Source: an uncultured Candidatus Saccharibacteria bacterium (GTDB taxonomy: Bacteria > Patescibacteriota > Dojkabacteria > B142 > JAFGMG01). From it: a DNA stretch of 60,083 bases. Every line of letters begins with the position of its first letter. Position 1 is the first letter of the stretch. The DNA lies in contig CAYMJM010000004.1 in NCBI GenBank assembly GCA_964391325.1, positions 1 to 60,083 of the forward strand, in the 5' to 3' direction. This document shows, one piece after another, positions 1-9,736 of this stretch. The notes beneath the pieces were generated by a model. That model worked only from the letters and a program-made list of their open reading frames with translations, was not told the DNA's origin and ran no database searches. The position numbers were made by a program, and so were the translations under genes.

Positions 1-1978
1 CATCTAGCAGTGAGGGATTATTGAGGTACCAGACTTCAGTATGATAATCCTGAGAATACAAATCGCAAACTTCAGTTAAAGCAGCTCCTTCAAAATTAAT
101 GGAAGCAATACTGTTAGTAGATCGTGATGACACGCCTACCGCCAAAAGTCTATTATCTCCTGTAACATTAATTGGTACTGAGATATTGTCTACATCGTCG
201 CTCTGTCCTACGTGATTAGTACTACCCACTGTAATCTCTCCAGGGGAACCACCTGGAGGAACATCTGTTGGCGCGGCGTTTATAGAAACTCCTGCACTAG
301 AATATTCAGTTCGAGAGGTAGAAAAATTCCAGCCTAATGTGGTGGTATCCTCTGTAGCTATTATGTACTCTGCATTACCTCGAACTGCGTTGTCACCTAC
401 TAAATCCCAAAGATTAATTTGACCCTCGTAGCCAGTTGCAGTGCCTGTATTAATTGTAGCCAAATTTCCAAACACAAAGTCACCTGGATTACTATCCAAC
501 GCCATCTCGTACTCATCTGCCCATCCACCACCCTCCTCACAAAATAGATCATGCAAAGGCACAGAGTTATTTACTCCATTAAGCACAACAGCACCAGAGA
601 CTGTCGCATCAAAGCCATACCCGTTATTATCATGGTCTACACCCAAGTCAACATTCCCTTCGCCAACCGGAGGATTATTCAAAACCCAAAGTTGCGTTCC
701 TTTTCCTGGAAAAGGATACTCATAGAGATCACAAATTTTATATAATTCTTCACCTTCAAAAGTTACTTCTCTACGTATCCTACCAGATGCCGTAGAGGAC
801 ACACTAACTATTAAAAAGCTACTCTCTTCTGTTACTTCTATAGGTATCTCTCCAACATCTACTACTGCATTATGATTAACTAATGCGACTTCTCCTGTGC
901 CTTCTGGGACCGGTAACGCAGTCCCTCCGTACCTTAATGTTACTTCTTGGTCAGGATCTGAGTAGCAATTCCAACAGATTATTTTAAAATAATGCTTTAA
1001 GTTAAGATTAGCATCAAATTCCATCTGATAAACACCACCTTCTTCCCTTTCAACTAAATCTATTTCTGGCCAATAAGTATCTAATACACCATAATACACT
1101 ATACTATAATCATCATCCATATCAACTTCTAGGTAATACTCGCCTGCCGCCGGAATATCAATATATAAATACATGTCACCATCTTCATTCGCATTCGTCT
1201 CAAAATTATATGTAGCAGGGGTTGTGAGTACCTGGATAGGGTTCGATTCTGTTGTCCCGGGATTTACGCCTTCAAATTCAAATGGATTTGAAAGATACTC
1301 AGTACCCCATGTGTCTATAGCCTTTATTACTAATTCATGTGTCCCTCCTGATGCTATGCTATAAGGTAGGAACACTGTTCCCTGAACATACGCTCCAGCT
1401 CCAAACAAATATTCTTCCGCGGGTTCACGATAGTCCCAGTCTGTGATCTCTATCCACTCTCCTTCACCATCTACTTGATAATACGCTGTTGTAAGCGCTA
1501 AGGAACCATCATTAGAGTCTAACCACATTTGCGAATTAATCTCTATTCCCACATCGCCATAGCCCTCATCCCATATATCAAAAATCAAAGAATCAGGATT
1601 CTCTATTGCATGGTCATCTGAGAGTACCCATTCACCAAAATCCGAGTCAGTCACCCGTACCTCTAATGTATAAGTATCTCCAGAAGGTATATACGCATAA
1701 TGTAGAAAAGCTGTTGCCTCACACCCATCATAACTAACATTATCTAACTCAATCCATTCACCCTCATCTAACCTATACTCTAATTTTTCTATCAACACAT
1801 CTCCACATGGATCTGCTTCCACAGATATCTCCAGCTCAATGTCATACTCAGTAAAGTTAACACTGTAACCATCAGCCGCTACCTTATGCGCATGATTAAG
1901 TAAAAAGATAGTGAAGGAACAAAATACTGCGAAGGCAAAAAGCACTAAAACTGCTTTTCTTCTAATTTGTTGGTACAT
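1..1978 (-). CDS. Secreted acidic surface protein with tandem ~219-aa repeat domains (partial; runs off left edge, >=659 aa)
   Basis: Translated by hand from ATG at 1978: MYQQIRRKAVLVLFAFAVFCSFTIFLLNHAHKVAA (signal peptide), open with no stop to base 2. Repeat: FLIVSVSS..EVTFEGEELYKICDLY..QLWVLNNPP versus LLAVGVSS..SINFEGAALTEVCDLY..EVWYLNNPS, 657 nt apart. Absent from the ORF track because it is truncated. Confidence 0.9.
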   Translation of the reverse strand, partial: MYQQIRRKAVLVLFAFAVFCSFTIFLLNHAHKVAADGYSVNFTEYDIELEISVEADPCGDVLIEKLEYRLDEGEWIELDNVSYDGCEATAFLHYAYIPSGDTYTLEVRVTDSDFGEWVLSDDHAIENPDSLIFDIWDEGYGDVGIEINSQMWLDSNDGSLALTTAYYQVDGEGEWIEITDWDYREPAEEYLFGAGAYVQGTVFLPYSIASGGTHELVIKAIDTWGTEYLSNPFEFEGVNPGTTESNPIQVLTTPATYNFETNANEDGDMYLYIDIPAAGEYYLEVDMDDDYSIVYYGVLDTYWPEIDLVEREEGGVYQMEFDANLNLKHYFKIICWNCYSDPDQEVTLRYGGTALPVPEGTGEVALVNHNAVVDVGEIPIEVTEESSFLIVSVSSTASGRIRREVTFEGEELYKICDLYEYPFPGKGTQLWVLNNPPVGEGNVDLGVDHDNNGYGFDATVSGAVVLNGVNNSVPLHDLFCEEGGGWADEYEMALDSNPGDFVFGNLATINTGTATGYEGQINLWDLVGDNAVRGNAEYIIATEDTTTLGWNFSTSRTEYSSAGVSINAAPTDVPPGGSPGEITVGSTNHVGQSDDVDNISVPINVTGDNRLLAVGVSSRSTNSIASINFEGAALTEVCDLYSQDYHTEVWYLNNPSLLD

Positions 1979-2172
1979 TAGACAGACAGTTGAAGATATT
2001 AAATAATCGGCGGGTTTTAAACCACTCGTCAAAATATATTAGACAATATCAAACATGAAAGCAATAATTTAGTAGCAAAAAAAATCGGTTGAAGTTGACA
2101 AATCGTATCGAAGAAGTAACAATACAAATCTTAAACTGCGTAAACTTACAGTATGGTAATTCGAATACCAAG

Positions 2173-2937
2173 CTAATCAGCATTGATCCAAACTGCGTCC
2201 ACATCATCATGATTTTCCATATTCTCCACAACTTTTTCTAAATTTCTTCTATCCTCTACTAAAACAGGCACAGAATCTTTTGCAATTTTGACTAATTCTG
2301 ATGTTTCTATTTTGTATCCGAACTGGCTAATTTGATCGCTAACATTCTTAAGTTCAGTCTTATCTGTTATAACTTCAATATACCCAACCTCTGTTTTGAT
2401 ATCCTGGATCCCCTCGATATCCATTAAACTCAATGTCATATCATCCATCTCCACTGGTACATACTCATCTTCTTTGCCAAATTTTTCTGTTTTCTTTAAT
2501 TTTTCCGGGGCAATCACTATCAGCCCCTTTTCCTCAAACTGCCAGGCCACACTACCTACATCAGCGATCTTTCCTCCAGAGCTCTCAACTAAATTTGTAA
2601 TCTCTGAAATAGTTCTATTAGTGTTATCAGTTGTACAGTCAATAATCATTGCTATGCCTGTGGCGGAATAAGCTTCGTAACTTACCTTGCGCAGCACTTC
2701 ACCCTGTATCTCCCCCGTGCCTTTCTTGATTGACCTCTCAATATTATCTTTAGGCATATTAGCCTGTTTCGCCTTGTCTATGGCTAACCTCAGACTGAAA
2801 TTCATATCAGGATCCCCACCCCCCTCAGAAGCAGCTACAGTAATATTTCGGGCCAGCTTGGTAAATAAAGCTCCTCTTTTAGCGTCTTTTAAGCCTTTTT
2901 TGTGTTTTATAGTAGCCCATTTTGAATGTCCAGACAT
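2173..2937 (-). CDS. yebC: YebC/PmpR family DNA-binding regulator (TACO1 family)
   Basis: MSGHSKWATIKHKKG..DAKRG..FTKL, GGGDPDMNFSLRLAIDKAK, MPKDNIERSI, ENHDDVDAVW. Confidence 0.97.
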   Translation of the reverse strand: MSGHSKWATIKHKKGLKDAKRGALFTKLARNITVAASEGGGDPDMNFSLRLAIDKAKQANMPKDNIERSIKKGTGEIQGEVLRKVSYEAYSATGIAMIIDCTTDNTNRTISEITNLVESSGGKIADVGSVAWQFEEKGLIVIAPEKLKKTEKFGKEDEYVPVEMDDMTLSLMDIEGIQDIKTEVGYIEVITDKTELKNVSDQISQFGYKIETSELVKIAKDSVPVLVEDRRNLEKVVENMENHDDVDAVWINAD

Positions 2938-2946
2938 ACGTATCTT

Positions 2947-4230
2947 CTAAAAATCTATAAAATCTGTTCCTATAACTAACACCATGTCCCCTACGTGCTT
3001 GTATTTATACTCCTCTTCTACCACACTGATATTACCATCAAAAACTGCAACTATATCTGTAATTGTATAAGGATATCGGGCTTCATCAGGAACATACAAA
3101 GTAGTATTGTGGGTTGGTCTTATGGCGTTGCCTGATCTTACAACTCTTATCCCTGTATTGTCAAAAAAACGAGCGTACCTTGCAGCTATACCAGGCTGAT
3201 TTGTTCCGTTTAAGACCTCAAGTCTGGACTGCTCTTTTAGCACATTAGTATCTAAAAAAATGCTCTGAACATCTTTGTCTATCCTATCCAATAGTGGTTG
3301 TTTGCCCTCTTGGCCCATATCCTGCAGAGAAGACTGCTTTGTATGTCCTGACCTTAGATCCGCTGAATTTATTTTGGACAAAAACCTATACAGCCTGAAT
3401 AATTCTGTTTTGGAGAAATCAGTCTCTATATTATTTAATAAGTCCAGATGAAAAAGAATCTGCCTCAGTCCTTTATAGGAATTTAACTTGTTAATGTATG
3501 ATCCAATAACATTGTTATGCAGCTCCAGACGGGAGCTGGCACCTCTTTCATCTGAACTGATAAGACCTAGCAGTTCTTCACCCTTCAAACTATGCCTTCC
3601 TTTTTTGAGAAGCAAGGCTTCGCCGTCAATTGTATATTGTTCCTCGACCAGATCTTCTTGCAGGTTGACTTCCACACTACCCAGCAAATCCTGCATCTCA
3701 AGATAGCTTGACTCCGTTATTATTACATATTTATCTATATCTAAAGCAAGGCTCTGCTCTACCCCATATTTGATATTATTAATCGAGTTGCTGTCATTAA
3801 GAATTAAATTATATGACTTTCTCAAATTTATAGATTGATTATCAGGAGCGGTGAAAATAATATCCGGATCCACAGAGAATATTCCTACCTTCTGCTGTGA
3901 AGGATTAACTGACACAACTATAATTAGATCAGCAAAATTATAGTCGTTCTGTTTTTGATCCATCCCAACTAATAAGATATTTAATTTTGTTTGCCCGTCC
4001 CATACTGTTGGGTTATCCAAGTGCCAATTAACATAAGCCCTTACTAGAATGACAATCACATAGAATAAAATACCCAAAACAAGAAAGAAAATTCCATATA
4101 ATATATATTTTACCTGACTCCTGCCAATGAAAGAGCTTTGCTCAAGAACCCTGCTCCCTATTCCTCGGGATTTTTTAGGCTTGGGTCTTCGCCTCCTGCT
4201 AGGTTGTCTGCTGAATATATTTCTGAACAT
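2947..4230 (-). CDS. LCP (LytR-CpsA-Psr) family protein with C-terminal LytR_C domain; catalytic Arg motifs degenerate
   Basis: N-terminal TM helix, LNILLVGMD..ADLIIVVSVNP, LDIDKYV, and C-terminal LEVLNGTNQPGIAAR..VVRSGNA..MVLVIGTDF. Confidence 0.85.
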   Translation of the reverse strand: MFRNIFSRQPSRRRRPKPKKSRGIGSRVLEQSSFIGRSQVKYILYGIFFLVLGILFYVIVILVRAYVNWHLDNPTVWDGQTKLNILLVGMDQKQNDYNFADLIIVVSVNPSQQKVGIFSVDPDIIFTAPDNQSINLRKSYNLILNDSNSINNIKYGVEQSLALDIDKYVIITESSYLEMQDLLGSVEVNLQEDLVEEQYTIDGEALLLKKGRHSLKGEELLGLISSDERGASSRLELHNNVIGSYINKLNSYKGLRQILFHLDLLNNIETDFSKTELFRLYRFLSKINSADLRSGHTKQSSLQDMGQEGKQPLLDRIDKDVQSIFLDTNVLKEQSRLEVLNGTNQPGIAARYARFFDNTGIRVVRSGNAIRPTHNTTLYVPDEARYPYTITDIVAVFDGNISVVEEEYKYKHVGDMVLVIGTDFIDF

Positions 4231-5158
4231 CTTTATTCTTGAAATTATTTTTTAGAAACTTTGCAAACATTCCCTCGATCGGTGCTTCTATTTTGAGGGT
4301 TGTACCGTCCATAAGGCTTAATCTGGCACCATAAGAATGTAAGAAAAGTCTATCAGCCTTTCTGCCCGAATAAACCAAGTCGCCAAGTATCGGAAATCCC
4401 AGATAGCTCAGATGGACCCTAATCTGGTGTGTCCTGCCTGTTTCCGGGGTTATTCTGACCAATGAATACTTACCATCTCTACTATACGAGAGCAACCTGA
4501 ATTTAGATACTGCCATACGACCCACACCATCACGGACAACGGCAAATTTTTTCCTTTTTACAGGATTTCTGTCTATGTAAGTTTTTAATTTCATATACTG
4601 TCTACCTTGCAGGACTTTATTAAAATCTCCCTCTACAATAGCCAAGTATTCTTTATAAACTTGTCTATCTGCAAACTGCCGAGAATAAAACCACAGAGCT
4701 TTATTTGTTTTTCCGACAAAGACCAGACCTGAGGTGTCTTTGTCTATACGGTTGATCAGACCTGCCCGAATTCTTTCCCCTACGCCTTTCAAATCTCCAT
4801 ATTTGTGTAACAAAGCATTGACGAGCGTCCCCCTGTAATTCCCTGTAGCTGGATGCACTACCATTCCTTCCGGCTTATTCACTACGAGTAAACTTTTATC
4901 TTCATACACGACTGTTAGGTCAATGTTTTCGGGCTTTACTTCCTCCTGCCTCTTGATTTCATCAAGAGTAATTTCAATCACATCTCCCTTTCTTACCTTA
5001 TAATTCGCCTTAAATTCAACTATGCCATTAACTATAACCTTATTGCTTGCAATCTGTTTTTTCAGATAAGATCTTGTATAACCTTCCAGATTTAAAGTTA
5101 AATATAGATCAAGTCGCATACTTTGCTCACCTTCATTTACTTTTAAAACTTTTTTCAT
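4199..5158 (-). CDS. rluD: RluA/RluD family 23S rRNA pseudouridine synthase (S4 + catalytic domain)
   Basis: S4 motif RLDLYL..TRSYLKKQI, VVNKPEGMVVHP, catalytic RIDKDTSG, ETGRTHQIRVHL, PILGDLVY. Start moved to ATG 5158. Confidence 0.93.
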   Translation of the reverse strand: MKKVLKVNEGEQSMRLDLYLTLNLEGYTRSYLKKQIASNKVIVNGIVEFKANYKVRKGDVIEITLDEIKRQEEVKPENIDLTVVYEDKSLLVVNKPEGMVVHPATGNYRGTLVNALLHKYGDLKGVGERIRAGLINRIDKDTSGLVFVGKTNKALWFYSRQFADRQVYKEYLAIVEGDFNKVLQGRQYMKLKTYIDRNPVKRKKFAVVRDGVGRMAVSKFRLLSYSRDGKYSLVRITPETGRTHQIRVHLSYLGFPILGDLVYSGRKADRLFLHSYGARLSLMDGTTLKIEAPIEGMFAKFLKNNFKNKDVQKYIQQTT

Positions 5159-5534
5159 TTTGGCTATATTTAACAATCAACAGTATGATACCACAGACTA
5201 TTAAAAAGTCTGCCAGATTGAACCTAGGAAAATGTAAAATAGTAATAAAGTCGATAATCCCGCCGTAGTTGAGCCTATCTATCAGATTTGATAAACTCCC
5301 TGCCAATATTATTGAAAAAGCTAAGCTCAGGACACCAGTTGTTTTTAAACTGAAATAGCACAACACTATACTGACCGCAAAAATCAGGGAAAAAAGGACT
5401 ACACCGTCTAACCTGATCATACCCCAAATAAGGCCGTAATTTAATACATAAGCACCGGAGCGAACAGCACATGCCTTGATGATCTGATCTAGGAGTATGA
5501 TTCCTAAAATAACTGCGACTTTTTTTATTGTCAT
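5133..5534 (-). CDS. lspA: Signal peptidase II (lipoprotein signal peptidase)
   Basis: DQIIK, NYG, GSLSNLIDRLNYGGIIDFI, FPRFNLAD (both catalytic Asp present); ATGA overlap with the upstream lgt-like gene. Confidence 0.93.
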   Translation of the reverse strand: MTIKKVAVILGIILLDQIIKACAVRSGAYVLNYGLIWGMIRLDGVVLFSLIFAVSIVLCYFSLKTTGVLSLAFSIILAGSLSNLIDRLNYGGIIDFITILHFPRFNLADFLIVCGIILLIVKYSQNEKSFKSK

Positions 5535-6493
5535 TTTACTTCTCTGATTATCCTGTTTTTAGCTTGTCTCAATCTTTCACGAGGAGAAAAAACAGGCTGG
5601 CTATTATTTCTGAGGTTGGCAAAAGAAACGCTGTAATCTGTATCTTCAATTTGAGGATTTACACGTGCTGGCGATTTGACGATTTTTCGTTTACGAGGGA
5701 TATAACGGAGATTTACAGTCGTGAATATCAAAAAGACTATAAGTGCTACCCCCCAAATTAACTGAATAATATCAAAATACACGAAATCTCTACTATACTG
5801 CTCTGTTTTAAACCATAAAATGATTTCAACTAATAGCCATAGAACAGGAAAATAATAGACCTGATATTTTATTTTTTTACCTAAAGAACCGGTATCCAAG
5901 TACAACATCCAAAGCAGTAAAAGAGCTATAATCTCTAAAATCTGTATACCGAGCCTAGTTGCCTCGTCTCCTTCATAGCGGATACTCAGTATACTGCCCG
6001 ATGCAATTCCCTGATAAGTACCATCCAGAAGATAACCTACTGTCATGACGATCAATGCAGGAATAAAGCTCTTCCATGTTTTTACGAGTATATTTTTCGC
6101 TTTGCCTGTCTGTCGCGTAATTTTAATGACCACCAAAGCAGATAAAATCACAGCTACGCCAACGAAGTTATAGTTTATACCTCCATCCCACAAAACCAGA
6201 GTCTTCCAGGGCATAGTATCTAGAAAAACAACTCCATCAACAGAATCTCTGACTGGCAGCATGTTCCAGCCATTAGCAATATAGATTTGCCAATTTTGCA
6301 CTATATAAATTATTCTACCAATCAATGGTGAAAGTACTAAAGAGCACAAAATGATATCAAAAGATGTATATCTGCCAGCCTCTCTCTGTAAATTTCTCCA
6401 CAAGAGAACAGTAAAAAGCATGAACCCCAAAACGATGAAGATTGTTAAGGCCTGAAAGTTAACATAACCTGTACTGTAAAGAATTGGCTTCAT
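5531..6493 (-). CDS. Divergent prolipoprotein diacylglyceryl transferase (Lgt)-like membrane protein
   Basis: Multi-TM; LIGRIIYIV (GARLGYV), LVLWDGG (IWEGG), GYLLDGTYQG (GNFINGELWG), RLGIQILE (RHPSQLYE); adjacent to lspA; key catalytic residues appear substituted. Confidence 0.7.
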   Translation of the reverse strand: MKPILYSTGYVNFQALTIFIVLGFMLFTVLLWRNLQREAGRYTSFDIILCSLVLSPLIGRIIYIVQNWQIYIANGWNMLPVRDSVDGVVFLDTMPWKTLVLWDGGINYNFVGVAVILSALVVIKITRQTGKAKNILVKTWKSFIPALIVMTVGYLLDGTYQGIASGSILSIRYEGDEATRLGIQILEIIALLLLWMLYLDTGSLGKKIKYQVYYFPVLWLLVEIILWFKTEQYSRDFVYFDIIQLIWGVALIVFLIFTTVNLRYIPRKRKIVKSPARVNPQIEDTDYSVSFANLRNNSQPVFSPRERLRQAKNRIIREVK

Positions 6494-6500
6494 AGCAAAA

Positions 6501-7862
6501 CTATACTAAATTTTTATACCTTGATAATACTATAGCGTATGTTCCGATTATTATACTACTCCAGACTAACGTAGTGGGAACTCCCAGCAGAAAATCTGCT
6601 GTATACCCGATAATAACTGCAGGAACCGATGCCAAAGCTTGGCTTAGTGCCAACCATACTCCATATACACGACCCAGGAATCCCTGTTCCGTTTTTTCCT
6701 GGATTACAGTCTGACTCGGAATGAGCAAAAACGGGAAACCCAAACCTATTGTGATAACTGATACTCCTGTAAGTATGACAACAACAGTATGTACGCTGTA
6801 TCCTAGCAGACCTATACTATGCCACTTTAATAAAGAAGCAATACTCAGGGTTACACTTGCGATAAATATAGCTAGCACACCAAACAAACTTAATTTAACT
6901 CTCTTGCTATATTTAAACCTTGTATTCAAAATTAGAACTCCTATTATAATCCCCACTCCCATTGGCATTACTGACGCGAAACCAACGTTACTGGGAGTCA
7001 GTCCTATTAAAAATTCCCCTAACTTAAAAACTAATGCTATAAATATGTACAAAAATGACTGCGCGACCAAATTATGAACCATCATCACCTTCTGAACTTT
7101 ATCGCGAAAAATATATTGCAGCCCACTTATAAACGATTCAATGAAATCCTGCACTAGTTTTACAAATCGAAAAAGAGATACGTCTCTCTTTTCCACAGGT
7201 TTGGGTACCCGTATAAAAAGTGTTGCAATAGTGGCTAAAATAAATAACAGAATTAAAAAAAGAATCAACTTATCCGGCCCCATTAAATCTAATAAAGGTC
7301 CAGCTAGAATAAATCCTAAAACGTAAGTAACATAGGTAGTTAAATTAAATATTGAGTTAGCAGGCATAATATTCTTGCGTGCTACTATATCTGGGATAAT
7401 AGAGGCCTCTGCAGGCAGGAAAAACTGTTTAGCTGCGGATATGAAGAAAATAATACCAAAAGCAAAAAAAGTAAATTCCCACCCATGAAAAACAAGAAAA
7501 ATTACTAACAAAAGCATGCGGAGTACATTTGAGATTATCATAATTTTTTTTCTATCAAACCAGTCAGCCATTACACCCGCAATAAATGCCACAAAGAATG
7601 AAGGGAAATTATTTAACAAGATTACAATTCCCATTGCAGAGCTTGAGCTACTGATACCATGTCCCTTAGGCAACCCGCCTGTATCAGCCAGAAATGCTAC
7701 AACAAGCGCAAAGATACCGCCGCCTATAAGCGTTGTTATTTGAGAAAACCATAAAAGAAGAAAGTCTCGATCTAAAAATATAGATTGAGGATCCCAGCTT
7801 CGTACATTCGGAATATCCCGGGGGAGCTTATACTTTAAGCGTTTTGTAAATTTAATATTCAC
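6501..7862 (-). CDS. MFS transporter (H+ antiporter / MefA-like)
   Basis: About 12 TM helices; DFLLLWFSQITT, AGVMADWFDRKKIMI (motif A), IPDIV, QEKTEQGFLGRVYG. Confidence 0.92.
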   Translation of the reverse strand: MNIKFTKRLKYKLPRDIPNVRSWDPQSIFLDRDFLLLWFSQITTLIGGGIFALVVAFLADTGGLPKGHGISSSSSAMGIVILLNNFPSFFVAFIAGVMADWFDRKKIMIISNVLRMLLLVIFLVFHGWEFTFFAFGIIFFISAAKQFFLPAEASIIPDIVARKNIMPANSIFNLTTYVTYVLGFILAGPLLDLMGPDKLILFLILLFILATIATLFIRVPKPVEKRDVSLFRFVKLVQDFIESFISGLQYIFRDKVQKVMMVHNLVAQSFLYIFIALVFKLGEFLIGLTPSNVGFASVMPMGVGIIIGVLILNTRFKYSKRVKLSLFGVLAIFIASVTLSIASLLKWHSIGLLGYSVHTVVVILTGVSVITIGLGFPFLLIPSQTVIQEKTEQGFLGRVYGVWLALSQALASVPAVIIGYTADFLLGVPTTLVWSSIIIGTYAIVLSRYKNLV

Positions 7863-7875
7863 AGATTAGTTTTAT

Positions 7876-9138
7876 TTAAATATTGAGTTCCACTTTTAAT
7901 CTTTTATGTGGACTCACCGAAGCTAATAGTAAATTATCTGGGCGAACTAGTCCAGACCAAACTCCTGTAATTTCATCTTTTTTAACTGATTCTATTCTCT
8001 GTTGAACTTCTTCTACGGTAAGAATCTTATTCTCTAAAAGATACTGGAGGCCATGCCATAACCCGATTTCATCGCTGGATTCCAGCCCTGTTGTCAGGCT
8101 ACCTATTAAATAATTTTTTGCCCGATTCAACTCTTCTTCAGAGAAATCGCCGTTAGCAATATTTTTTAATTCTTGAATAGCTGCATCTACGGCACTTTGA
8201 ATTTTAGAATTTTCTACACCTAATCCAATATTAAAAGAGCCAATCTCATCAAATTCATGTATTTCTGAGTAAACATAGTAGGCTAATCCCAATTTATCCC
8301 TTATGATTTGGAAAAGTCTGGATCCAAAACCTTTCGCCAGTATGGCATTACCCACTTTTAAAATATACTTATCCTCACTTCCTCTTGGGATCGAATAGCC
8401 TCCAAACATTAGATGAGATTGAGATATTGGCCTGGTAATATTAATAATTTCTTGATTCAGGTTTAGTTTGGAAAACTTTTCAGATTGTGCGTACTTTTTT
8501 TCAGAGACTTTGCCTAAGTATTTTTCTATAGCCTCTACTGCCTCGACTGAGTCTATTCCTCCCGATATGACCGCCAAGATATTCTGACCACCATAAAACT
8601 CGCTGATAAAATCCAAAAAGTCATTTCTCTTTATATTCTTAATACTTTTTTTAGTTCCGACTATTTCTCTCCCTAAAGGATGACCTTTAAATAAGTGGGA
8701 AGCAAAGACTTCTCCAACCTTTTCCATAGGCTGATCGTCATACATGTTTTTTTCTTCAAGTATCACTCCTCTTTCCTTTTCTATTTCTTCCTGTTTGAAG
8801 GTGGAGTTTAGAAACATATCAGCTAATACTTCAAAAGCTCCAGCAAATTTTTCTTTAGGAACTTTTATGTAGTACCCTGTATAATCGTAAGAAGTAAAAG
8901 CATTCATAGTCGCCCCCAGCTGTTCGACTTCCATCGCGATCTGCTTTGTTTTAGGACGTTTTTTAGTACCCTTAAAAATGGTATGCTCAACAAAATGAGC
9001 TATCCCTGATGTTTCTTCATTTTCGAAACGGGAACCAACACGTACAAGTAGAAGAATTGACACACTCAAACTATCTATATCATGAATTACCAGACTTCTT
9101 AACTTATTAGAAAAGGTTTTACTGTAAAATTCCATCAT
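7876..9138 (-). CDS. M16 family (pitrilysin/MPP-like) zinc peptidase
   Basis: GSRFE..GIAHFVEHTIFKGT (HXXEH), NAFTS, KERGVILEE, SRLFQIIRDKLGLAY; probable start ATG 9138. Confidence 0.95.
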   Translation of the reverse strand: MMEFYSKTFSNKLRSLVIHDIDSLSVSILLLVRVGSRFENEETSGIAHFVEHTIFKGTKKRPKTKQIAMEVEQLGATMNAFTSYDYTGYYIKVPKEKFAGAFEVLADMFLNSTFKQEEIEKERGVILEEKNMYDDQPMEKVGEVFASHLFKGHPLGREIVGTKKSIKNIKRNDFLDFISEFYGGQNILAVISGGIDSVEAVEAIEKYLGKVSEKKYAQSEKFSKLNLNQEIINITRPISQSHLMFGGYSIPRGSEDKYILKVGNAILAKGFGSRLFQIIRDKLGLAYYVYSEIHEFDEIGSFNIGLGVENSKIQSAVDAAIQELKNIANGDFSEEELNRAKNYLIGSLTTGLESSDEIGLWHGLQYLLENKILTVEEVQQRIESVKKDEITGVWSGLVRPDNLLLASVSPHKRLKVELNI

Positions 9139-9304
9139 TTTATGCCCTAAATTGTTATGATTATAACTCATTCTGGAATATATGAGATTATTTAAAGTAG
9201 ATTTTAACATTTTACCTTATAGTACTTTATTTCCCAGCGCCTTTCTGTTAAAGTTCCTCAAGTATCCTGAAGAAGCTGAGAATATAGATCTTATAATCTA
9301 TCAT

Positions 9305-9736
9305 ATGGGTATGCAACGAACATTAGCATACTGCCTCACAGTCTCAAGTCTCTGTCTTTCCTCTGGATGTGCCTCTGCCCCTAAGTCTCAAGAAGTAGCT
9401 ATAATAGAACCCCAACCGACATATGATGAAATTCAAAGAGTGGGAGGAATTACATTACTAGGCCAAGCACATTTGCATGCGACCGGACTATGGGTACCTA
9501 TTTCTTTTAAAACCCTTACTTTGCGCAGTGGCAACAACACCGCTAATATGCAGGACACTATGGGATTTGTTACTATCACCTGCTCAGAAGAGACTCCGCT
9601 GGAAGTAGGAATACATATCCCGGACAAACAACAAACTTTTCCGCTTACAAGGGAAGCTGCGGATCAAATAATAGAAATTCCATACATAGAAAGTGGGATC
9701 AATATCATAACAATGTGTAACCATCAGGAACCTTGA
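9305..9736 (+). CDS. Hypothetical putative lipoprotein
   Basis: MQRTLAYCLTVSSLCLSSGC: short signal ending in a lipobox-like SSGC, followed by a beta-rich domain. The ORF-track start (9182) overlaps the divergent M16 gene, so the start was moved. Confidence 0.55.
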   Translation: MGMQRTLAYCLTVSSLCLSSGCASAPKSQEVAIIEPQPTYDEIQRVGGITLLGQAHLHATGLWVPISFKTLTLRSGNNTANMQDTMGFVTITCSEETPLEVGIHIPDKQQTFPLTREAADQIIEIPYIESGINIITMCNHQEP

